Shown here: positions 1-8,366 of the stretch, piece by piece
How the letters are laid out: each line of letters begins with the position of its first letter
Position numbering within the stretch: position 1 is the stretch's first letter
Translations under genes and position numbers: made by a program
Assembly (NCBI GenBank): GCA_043228905.1
Contig: JBHGNT010001046.1
Coordinates: 1-12,666 of the forward strand
Direction of reading: 5' to 3'
DNA from: Azolla caroliniana
Lineage: Eukaryota > Plantae > Polypodiophyta
Length of the DNA: 12,666 nucleotides
Notes under the pieces: generated by a model
Database searches by the model: none
What the model saw: the letters and a program-made list of their open reading frames with translations, nothing else
Told to the model about the DNA's origin: nothing

Positions 1-1
1 A

Positions 2-2500
2 GAAGAGATCAACGAGGTTGAAATGCCACCACATGATGAGGATGTCGGAGCTCTGAGAGAGAGTCCGATCTCATTTTGGCTAAGCGGGCCAAATGAGAGG
101 TTGGGCCGAGATGGCCAACTAGATGATGAGACGACAAGTAGTGGAGACTCGGCCGTGCATTCCCCGTGCAGGAAGCTAAGGAGACGGCTTACACGCAAGG
201 AAAAAGGCATGAAGAAAATGTCGGAATATGACTTCAACAGCGCCGAGTCAGATCAGAGTGAGTCTGACTACATGAAAATTGAAAAGGAACCTCCACGGAA
301 GAGGTCGACGGTAGCCGAAAATTTCGTGAAATCGGGTAATCACGAATTACGCCGATCTACCCGCCAGAAGAATCCTATAAAGAGGTACGGGTATAATGAG
401 TACATGGCGCACCATTACGCGTACATGACACGAGTGGCGGAAGTGCGTGAGCCGGAGAGCTACGCAGAAGCGGCGAAAGACGCAAATTTGTGTGCCGCAA
501 TGGAGGAAGAGATGCGCGGCTTAACGCAGAACGAGACATGGGACCTAGTTGACGCACCAAAGGGTGTAAAGCCGATCGGATGCAGATGGGTGTATAAGGT
601 GAAATACAACACTAATGGATCTGTCAACCGTTTAGTAGCAAAAGGCTACGCGCAGAAGCATGGCGTGGACTATGACGAGACCTTTGCGCCTATTGCGAAG
701 ATGACTACTATGCGAGTCTTGCTACCCGCAACAACGGCAAAGGGGTGGCACTTACATCAGATGGATGTAAAGAACACGTTCTTGCAAGGTGATCTTGAGG
801 AACAGGTGTACATGGTACAACCCCTCGGATTTCTATCTGAACAAAACACCTCGGCAGTTTACCGATTGAAGAAATCCTTATATGGACTAAAGCAAGCTCC
901 GCGAGCTTGGAACGCAAAGATTACACAACAGTTGCGTAGGATGGGGTTTGCACCGTTGAAATCAGACTCTTCTCTATTTGTTCGGCAAGGTCAACACGGA
1001 CCGGTTAGTCTCCTATTATATGTTGATGATTTAGTCATCACCGGTGCCGACCTAGACGAAATCCGCAGCGTGAAGTCTCAACTTGCGGCATCGTTTGAAA
1101 TGAAGGATCTTGGAGACCTTCATTACTTCCTTAGGATCGAAGTGATCCATACCCTTGAAGGCATATTGATCAGCCAATATCATTACGCGTTGAATATGCT
1201 CTTCAAGTTCGGGATGGCAAACTGTAAGTCCATCTGGACCCCTCTGGATAGAAACACAAAGCTTCGCCGAGATTCGGGAAATGCATGCGACCCGACACGG
1301 TTCCGACAGATTGTCGGAAGCCTTATCTATCTGACGATTACTAGGCCGGATCTTAGTTATCCAGTCGGCCTAATCAGTCAATTCGTGTCGCAGCCTACAG
1401 CCGAACACTTTCAGTGCGCGCAACGGATATTGTGATATTTCAGCGGCACGAAAGACATGGCGTTGCTCTATCGAGCAGGTGTAGCCAAACAGTTAGTCGG
1501 CTACACAGATGCCGATTGGGCTGGAAACGCTAGTGATCGTAGATCCACATCCGGATATGCCTTATCGTTAGGAAGTGCAGCGATCACGTGGAGCAACAAA
1601 AAGCAGTCGAACACGGAGGCCGAGTATCGAGGGGCGACTGTCGCTACGTGCGAAGTCATTTGGCTGAAACGGCTATTACGGGATCTGTAGGTAGAGGTGT
1701 CTGATCTGACGACGATCTATTGTGACAACCTCAGTAGTATCCACCTTGCGAAAAACCCCATGTTCCACGCCCGGATCAAGTACATTGAGGTGCATTACCA
1801 TTTTGTTCGCGAGCGGGTCCTTTCAAGAGAAGTCGAATTGGTGCATGTTTCGACTGATTGGCAGATTGCCAACATCTTCACAAAACCTCTTGATCTCAAC
1901 AAGTTGCGGCATTTCTCCAGTGAGCTAGGGTTGCGTCACCTCGACACGCCGAACTTGAGGGGGAGAAAGGAAGACGAATAGGAACAAGAGCATGAAAGGA
2001 GCGGAGGTGTTCATCACGACGGAAGTGACCGTGATGAGGAATCAGATGAAGAATTCGATTTCGGACCGGCTGAAGAAGTCGAAGAAGGAAGCAAGGGTCG
2101 TAAGCATAAGAAGGAGCCGAGGACAGCCGAAACAGGGGGAGATAAGGCCAAGAAGAAGACGTGGTCGGAAGTTGTCAAAGGCCTAAAGATAGGAGACGAA
2201 TTGGAGACAACCAATTCGGATGAGAGTGGAATTGAATCGGAAGTGTTCGATTCAATCGGAATGTTCGACTCGGATACGCCGAATCAACTGAAGGCCATGC
2301 GGAGAAAAGGGCAATGAAGGACTCGCCGATACCGCGATAGCAAGAAGGGCCGAACGAGCAGACAAGCCGACCGAAAGGGTCGAAGCGCGCGGAATCAAAC
2401 AGGTCGAGGAGCGCGAGCGAAGGGTGAAGCCAGAAGGAACTTGAGCGTAGATCTGGAAGAGTAGATGGAACCTCAAGTTGAGCTTGAGGGGGAGTGTTGA
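2..2500 (+). pseudogene. pol: Copia pol (IN-RT linker, RT, RNase H, C-terminal extension), one frame with 5 internal stops
   Basis: ORFs 23..1435, 1457..1690 and 1697..1981 and the translation of 1982-2500 share one frame. Internal stops are at 1433, 1688, 1979, 2315 and 2462; the final TGA is at 2498. Small in-frame deletions relative to the usual copia motifs: NR[YKAR]LVAKG and KKQ[..]SNTEAEY. Confidence 0.9.
2483..2494 (+). other. Polypurine tract of copia element 1
   Basis: CTTGAGGGGGAG immediately precedes the LTR start TGTTG at 2495. Confidence 0.9.
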
Positions 2501-2718
2501 GATACAAGCTCAACATTGGGTGCATAATATGGCGCGTAACCCAGTGCGTAGACTGGACGCGTAAGTTAATACGCACAATGTGGCCGTATCGGTGCATAAC
2601 CGAAAGGCCGTTAGAGAGATATTCCTCGTAAGGAATAATTTTGGGAGTAAGTGTCGAGGCTCATTTATGAGCAGTCAAGTACTGTCAGTACTTGTGTCAG
2701 CCTGATTGTTAGGGCTTG

Positions 2719-2725
2719 TATATAA
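2719..2725 (+). promoter_or_regulatory. Putative TATA box in copia LTR
   Basis: TATATAA lies inside the LTR at a position typical of the U3 end. Confidence 0.6.
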
Positions 2726-2802
2726 GGTGCTCACTGAGCACGAAGTGTATGTAGAACAAAGCATCATTATTTTGAATTGAAGTTTTCTGTTGTCTGCTCT
2801 GT

Positions 2803-2838
2803 CTCTCCTTCTCCCTCTCCCTCTCCCTCTCCCTCTCT
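2803..2838 (+). repeat. (CTCTCC)n pyrimidine microsatellite in LTR
   Basis: About 6 imperfect CTCTCC units; they produce the SPSPSP stretch in ORF 2777. Confidence 0.85.
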
Positions 2839-2866
2839 GTGTTTACGCACACGCTTCCACACAACA

Positions 2867-4290
2867 TATTCTTTTACAACAACTCCTTCATCTACCTCAC
2901 AAGAGTTGGCGGTCCAACTACCAAAGAAGTATATAGAATTCTCCGATGTGTTTGATAAGGTGAAGGCTAATAGACTACCATATGATTGCCTGATTGATTT
3001 GCAGCTAGGAAAAGAGCCTCCATGGGGGCCAATTTATAACCTTTCCCCCAGGGAGTTAGAGCTTCTTCGAGAATATATCGATGAGAACCTGACAAATGGT
3101 ATTATCCAACATTCAAGATCCCTTGCTGGTGCACGCATCTTTTTCGTTAAGAAGAAAGATGGTACGCTTTGTATGGTCATGGATTATCGGGGCTTGAATA
3201 AAGTGACTATTCAAAACCAATATGCTCTACCATTGATCTCAAGCCTTCTGGAATGCCTCAGTGGAGAAAAATATTTCACGAAGTTAGATCTTCGAGGTGC
3301 CTACAACCTTGTTCGAATTCGTCGTGGGGATGAATGGAAGATTGCTTTTTGCACTTGCTATGGCCATTTGAGTATACAGTGATGCCATTTGGTCTCACGA
3401 ATGGACCAACAGTTTTCCAACATATGGTGAATGACATTTTTCGGGACTTCCTCAATATCTTCATCATAGTTTACTTGGAAGATATCTTGATCTACTAAAA
3501 AAATCAAGAGGAAAATTAGATACACATTCGCCAAGTTTTGCTGTGGTTGCAAGAGTATGGTCTCTATGCAAAATTGGAGAAGTGTAGTTTCAACAAGTGT
3601 CAAGTGGAATTTTTGGGGTACATAGTCTCTTCAAATGGCATCTCTATGGATCCATCAAAGGTTCAAACAATTTTGGATTGGCGAACACCATAGTCTATGC
3701 ATGATGTACAATGTTTTTTGCGGTTCACAAACTTTTATCGCAAGTTCATCAAAGATTATTCAAAGATTGTATTGCCCCTCTCTTAACTAACACAAACGAA
3801 TTGACCATTTGTATGGAGTATAGAGGCGAACTCTGCAGTTGAGGGTTTAAAGCAAGTGTTTACATCTGCACCAATTTTAATGCATGTCGATCCAATGAGA
3901 CGCTTTATACTTGAAGCTGATGCATCTGACTTCACACTCGGAAGCGTACTATCCCAGATTAGGGATGATGGCGAACTGCACCCTATGGCTTTTCATTCAC
4001 GAAAATTTGAAGCCGCATAAATCAACTATGAGATTCGCGACAAAGAGCTTCTTGCCATTGTGGATTCTTTTCAACAATGGTGGCACTTTTTGGATGATTC
4101 TTCTCAACAGATTATTTTCTACAATGATCACAAAAATCTAACGTACTTCCAAAGTGCTCGAGTCTTAAATCGTCGACAAGCTTGTTGTGCGAAGTTCTTA
4201 ACTTGATTTGATTTCGTAATTCTATATCGCCTTAGGATGCAACAAGGAAAAGCAGATGCTTTATCTCCACGTTTGTATATGGAACTTCAA
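2867..4290 (+). pseudogene. pol: Gypsy reverse transcriptase and RNase H, frameshifted with stops
   Basis: DYRGLN, KLDLRGAYNLVRI, frameshift near 3370 ([16 protein letters not shown]), catalytic YLDD read as YLED at 3472-3483. RNase H motifs LEADASD (3910), NYEIRDKELLAI, DHKNL, GKADALS. Confidence 0.93.
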
Positions 4291-4722
4291 TAAGGAGAGG
4301 CCGCATTTGAAAGTGAGAAGAAAATCCTCTTAGGTCCTGATCGTCTACGACTAATGGCAATGAATACTATCAACACACCAGGAGATTCAAGGCTTCTTGA
4401 TTCCATTTGGGAGTATATTGCGACTGATGCATTCGCCGAAGAGATTTTGAACCATATTATCACAGATTTCGTAATTCTATATCGCCCTGGGATGCAACAA
4501 GGAAAAGCAGATTCTTTATCTCCACGTTTGTATATGGAACTTCAATAATGAGAGGCCACATTTGAAAGTCAGAAGAAAATCCTCTTAGGTCCTGATCGTC
4601 TATGACTAATGGCAATGAATACTATCAACACACCAGGAGATTGAAGGCTTCTTGATTCCATTCGGGAGCATATTGTGACCGATGCATTTGCCGAAGAGAT
4701 TTTGAACCATATTATCACAGAT
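4210..4722 (+). repeat. 255-bp head-to-tail tandem duplication in the RNase H-integrase linker
   Basis: Copy 1 is 4210-4464 and copy 2 is 4465-4719. GAT microhomology at 4210, 4465 and 4720. 13 substitutions by manual count. Confidence 0.96.
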
Positions 4723-5935
4723 CCTACTTCCAACTCCCAATCTCAAAATCCTCGTCTAGACTACACCCAGTTCAATTGGTATGATGGTTTACTTTTTCGA
4801 CAAACTCTCTTGTATGTGCCAGACGGTCCTTCTCGACTCGAAGTCGTGCAACAATGTCATGACACACCAATGGGTGGACATTTCGGCATCCACAAGAATT
4901 TTGAGTTGATTTCTTGCCAATATTGGTGGCCACGGCTTCACTATTTTGTTACGGCTTATGTCCGTAGTTGTGATACATGTTGCCGATCAAAAAAGCCTCA
5001 ACATCATCCATATGGCTTATTACAACCAATGGCTATTCCTGAGAGCCCATGGAAATCTATTTCCTTGGACTTTATTATGGATCGTCCAGCTTTCAAGGGT
5101 TTTGATTCTATTCTCACGGTTGTAGATCGTTTTACAAAGATGGCGCATTTCCTTCCATGCACAAAGACCATTACTAGCCAAGAGACAACCGATTTACTCA
5201 TGCGGGAGGTGTTTCACCATCACAGTCTTCCAGATGATATTATTAGTGATCGGGGTCCCCAATTCATCTCCCAATTTTGGTGGCACATGTTCAAGCTCTT
5301 ACATACTTGTAAACTCTCTTCCGGCTACCATCCAGAGACTAATGGGCAGAGTGAGCGCACCAACCAAACAGTGGAACAATATCTTCGCTGTTTTGTCAAC
5401 TATCAACAAGATGATTGGGTCAATCTATTACATTTGGCGGAATTTGCTTACAACAACTCTGAACATTCTTCTACTGGATATTCCCCATTTTTAGCGAACA
5501 TTGGGTACCATCCTCGTTGGACAATGCTTGAACATCCCAAACTTCCGACAAACCCGGCCGCTGAAGATCGACTCACTTGACTCCAAAAAGTTTAGGATAT
5601 ACTTTTGCACCATTAATGTGATGCTCAAACCACTCACAAGAAGGTTGCTAACCGTCATCGGCGTGATTCATTGACTATGTTTCAAGTAGGCAACCGAGTA
5701 TGGCTCTTACAAGGTAACATTAAAACCACTCGACCTTGTTACAAATTGGATTATCAACGTTTCAGCCCATATGTGATCTCTGGTAAGATCAATGATGTGA
5801 CATTTCGCCTTGATCTTCCTCCTCATATGCGTCTTCACCCGGTCTTCCATGTTTCACGTTTGGAGCCCTACACACCAAGCTCTAATCCGGGTCGTCTTAT
5901 GCCACCCCCCACCTCCAATCGACGTTTCCAATGGC
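4720..5935 (+). pseudogene. pol: Gypsy integrase (HHCC zinc finger, DDE core, GPY/F module)
   Basis: HDTPMGGHFG...CDTC; SLDFI...SDRG...GQSERTN; KLDYQRFSPY...HPVFHVSRLEPY. Stops at ~5578-5616. Confidence 0.94.
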
Positions 5936-5938
5936 TTT

Positions 5939-6113
5939 GAATATGAGGTTGCTTGGCATTCTTGATTCCAAGATCATTCGCAACAAACTATATTATTTGG
6001 TTCATTGGTTAGGTTATACACCTAAATTGAACATGGGAGCTTGTTGAGCATCTTGCTAATGCATTCGACATGGTTGCTATGTTTCACAACAAATATCCCC
6101 ATAAACCAAGTCC
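5939..6113 (+). pseudogene. Integrase C-terminal chromodomain, frameshifted
   Basis: Reconstructed as EYEVA/GILDSKIIRNKLYYLVHWLGYTP/TWELVEHLANAFDMVAMFHNKYPHKP. Confidence 0.88.
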
Positions 6114-6148
6114 AAACTCTTGTCTTTCGACTCATGGAACTCGTCGTC

Positions 6149-6160
6149 GAAGAGGGGGGA
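6149..6160 (+). other. Polypurine tract of gypsy element
   Basis: GAAGAGGGGGGA, then TAA, then the LTR start TGTCA. Confidence 0.88.
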
Positions 6161-6193
6161 TAATGTCATGAGGACATACATTTTGGCTTGTCA

Positions 6194-6248
6194 GGAGTTG
6201 AACCCACAACTTCTTGGTCTATATGTTGAACCTTTAACCATTGTAATA
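6194..6248 (-). promoter_or_regulatory. tRNA-like A-box/B-box module (degenerate Pol III internal promoter) in LTR U3
   Basis: On the minus strand, TATTACAATGG (A-box-like, 2 mismatches to TRGCNNARYGG) is followed by GGTTCAACTCC (B-box consensus) at tRNA-like spacing. Confidence 0.45.
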
Positions 6249-6303
6249 ACATATATGATATGTCGTTATAATAATTATATTTTTAGTTATTACAAGATAT
6301 TTG

Positions 6304-6384
6304 GAATATTCTAGAACATTCTTGAATATTTCATGATTATATTTATTATCATAAATATCTAAAATATTCTAGAACATTCTAGAA
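6304..6384. promoter_or_regulatory. Two heat-shock-element (nGAAn) arrays upstream of the LTR TATA box
   Basis: GAAtaTTCtaGAAcaTTCttGAA (6304-6326, 5 units) and TTCtaGAAcaTTCtaGAA (6367-6384, 4 units). Confidence 0.7.
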
Positions 6385-6536
6385 TAATCCATAAGGATCT
6401 ATAAATAGGTGTTTATACATTCATCACAACTCATTTGGTTCAACACTAGTCTTTAGCCCTTAGCCTACTTTTTGTAACCTTGTTTTCTCATAATATAATA
6501 TCATTTCCATTTCCTATATTCTCTCTCTCTCTGACT

Positions 6537-7795
6537 TGGATTCAATTTCAGTTCTTGCTCACGGGCCTGCTGCATCTATACTAACTTGCATTCAATCTCA
6601 ACAAATGCACAAGAAGATCGTCTTGCACATTTACAATATGTTCATGGTCCCAAGATAATTATTGCTAGCATATCAACATCATATTCTTTGTTTTCTACAA
6701 CCTTCCAAACCAGGCATGAACATTTGTGGTTTGGATGCTTCATGAATGACACAATGATGGTTGTCAAGGGTGTTTCACCTAATGGGTGCACTTCTTATTT
6801 TTAGGTCCTAGACAACCATAGATTGCAACCTTATACCTTTGATTGCAGTTATCTACAACACTTGCGAAGTGTAGGTAGAGAATACCTAGGAGCGCAAGAT
6901 AACTTTCTCTAAGGAACTCGGCAAAATGGCCCCATAACTTCGGGGTTAGAGTGGTTGCTAAAACTGGAATGAAATGGATGCTTGCATATGAAAACCTACT
7001 TGAGATGGATTTGGTCATTTAAGGGGCCAACTAAATTTATTCTCTTCAAATGACTATTAGTGCATACAGCATTACCAGTTGGTCATTCATTGGAAGGGAA
7101 TGTACTACCCAATCTTCGACAATGTGGCTTTTTCCATGAAGCTCAGGAGACTGCCAAGCATGTCCCCTGGCTCAACAAGTATGGAATAAAGTCCTTTCGT
7201 GATTCTTAACAATCAATGTTGGTTGCCTATTTTCATGGGGTTCAACGATGTGGGGAGTGTTACATTCTAGCTCGATATTATATGAGGTAGACAATGTTCA
7301 AGAGGCAATAATGGTACATAATAGAATATTGATATTAGTTAGCCCCTTCAACAACCTCGAAAGTAGGTGCAATCTGTCCATGCTTGGAAAACAGTGACTA
7401 CGATAATGTTATGGGCATTAGGGAAATGTCGATGCAACCGACTTTATGATGTGCAGATCAACATCTCTCAGATGTCTTGCTTGAGATATGGGAGAACTTG
7501 TTGACAGTAGTTCGTAGCCAATATGACAATATGCATGGTTCCCCAGAGACTGTGAATAAGAGAAGCAAGAAGCTTCTTCACCTATGGAAAAAGTTGCCCC
7601 TATTTATAGAGTCAACTCAAGGGCCTCGATGACACTATCGACTTCCGTGGACGCTTTCTTGAATATCAATAAATCATGCCAGTGTGCTGCAGCAATTTCT
7701 AACACCTTCTACAAAGTACTATCTTTGCTCTTAGGATTACTTTACATCATTGTACATAAAAAGTTGTAAGTTAATCGAAAAAGAAGGAGAATTCA
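6537..7795 (+). mobile_element. Decayed LINE ORF2 3' remnant with zf-RVT domain (boundaries approximate)
   Basis: 6988-7170 reads MKTYLRWIWSFKGPTKFILFK*LLVHTALPVG...CGFFHEAQETAKHVPW, then QQVWNKVL in a shifted frame. 7385-7450 reads WKTVTTIMLWALGKCRCNRLYD (W.IW..RN-like). AATAAA and an A-rich end follow. Assignment of 6537-6870 is weaker. Confidence 0.72.
6871..6944 (+). rRNA. rrn23: Plastid 23S rRNA fragment (NUPT, non-functional)
   Basis: GTAGGTAGAGAATACCTAGGAGCGCAAGATAACTTTCTCTAAGGAACTCGGCAAAATGGCCCCATAACTTCGGG matches the conserved chloroplast 23S segment as recalled, with a few transitions. Confidence 0.88.
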
Positions 7796-7970
7796 ATGAG
7801 TCTCGTCATCTATTCCTATCATGATGGATGCAAGCGTTGATGTTAAGTGGACGTAGCTAAGAACATGAGTTAAGATGGAGGAGGTGGTTGTGGCATATAG
7901 GAATGGAGACGATTTTGGCGATAATCTCTGGCATGGTTTATGCGAACAATGACACATATTTTTAGTTTAG

Positions 7971-8366
7971 ATAAAGATTAGTGATGATGTTGGTGGGGCT
8001 TGAAGCAAATTTTCATCAGGAGAGGTAGAGAGTACACTCATGTTATTTTTGTAGGTACAAGACTTTGCTAATAATCGGCGATAGCGAGATGGTTCATGTG
8101 GGCTTCAAGAAGCTAGTTTCCTATTTTTGTATCAAAATGAGTGATGATGGTGTGGGTTTGAAGCACATTACCATCAGGAGGTGAGGGAAAGTTGTTTTAG
8201 ACTCATTCGTTGTTGTCAGTACAGGATTTTGGTCGTAATTGGCGAGCTGGCGAGACTATTGATGTACAAGATTTTGGTGATAATCGGTGACATCAATATG
8301 GTTGATGTGGACTTGAGGAAGTTGATTTCCTGTTTTTTTATCAGGATGAGTGATAATGGTGTGGGG
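7971..8366. repeat. Degenerate tandem repeat, ~160-210-bp units
   Basis: ATCARRATGAGTGATRATGGTGTGGG-like heads at 7971, 8131 and 8340. GTACARGATTTTGGTGATAATCGGYGA-like subunits at 8055, 8219 and 8264. Confidence 0.75.

Larger units (their letters stand above)
1..2866 (+). mobile_element. Ty1/copia LTR retrotransposon, 3' portion (5' part outside window)
   Basis: Copia RT motifs (EPESYAEA, TWDLV, GCRWVYKVK, HQMDVK, LYGLKQAPRAW, YVDD) are followed by RNase H (GYTDADWAG, EAEY, IYCDN, KYIEVHYHFVRE, IFTKPL), then a PPT at 2483-2494 and a TGTTG...CAACA LTR. Confidence 0.96.
2495..2866 (+). repeat. 3' LTR of copia element 1 (372 bp)
   Basis: Starts TGTTG right after the PPT and ends CAACA (2862-2866), a 5-bp terminal inverted repeat. 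TATATAA at 2719-2725. Gypsy pol sequence follows directly. Confidence 0.87.
2867..6536 (+). mobile_element. Ty3/gypsy chromovirus (Tcn1-like), 3' portion, interrupted upstream of RT by copia element 1
   Basis: Domain order RT-RNase H-IN-chromodomain, PPT 6149-6160, LTR starting TGTCA at 6164. The RT N-terminus (EPPWGPIYNLSPRELELLREYIDENL...FFVKKKDG) resembles fungal and non-seed-plant chromoviruses; the clade call is an inference. Confidence 0.93.
6164..6536 (+). repeat. 3' LTR of gypsy element (~373 bp; right end inferred)
   Basis: Starts TGTCA. TATAAATA at 6400-6407. A (CT)n run then TGACT at 6532-6536, one mismatch from the expected TGACA. Confidence 0.72.

Noticed and set aside
2175-2597. 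140-aa antisense ORF starting in the copia 3' LTR
   Set aside because: No recognisable motif, and its S/L/F/P/R-rich composition is what the reverse of a purine-rich strand gives. It would be reconsidered only if conserved in the family consensus.
2777-3382. 201-aa ORF as a real gene or an LTR-RT fusion protein
   Set aside because: It is a chimera of copia LTR sequence (TTG start, microsatellite SPSP) and gypsy RT, and it frameshifts before the catalytic motif.
6184-6252. Functional tRNA gene
   Set aside because: The acceptor, anticodon and T stems do not pair properly; it is kept only as a tRNA-like promoter module.
6537-6555. TGG after the gypsy LTR as a primer-binding site (tandem element)
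   Set aside because: TGGATTCAATTT does not match the initiator-Met PBS (TGGTATCAGAGC) and no gag follows.
6586-6650. TNAQEDRLAHLQ resembling the gypsy integrase segment TNPAAEDRLT*LQ
   Set aside because: The match is short with no flanking integrase motifs, and the frame continues into LINE-like sequence, so it is probably coincidental.
6779-7018. 79-aa minus-strand ORF
   Set aside because: Its core (FAEFLRESYLALLGILYL) is the antisense translation of the 23S rRNA fragment.
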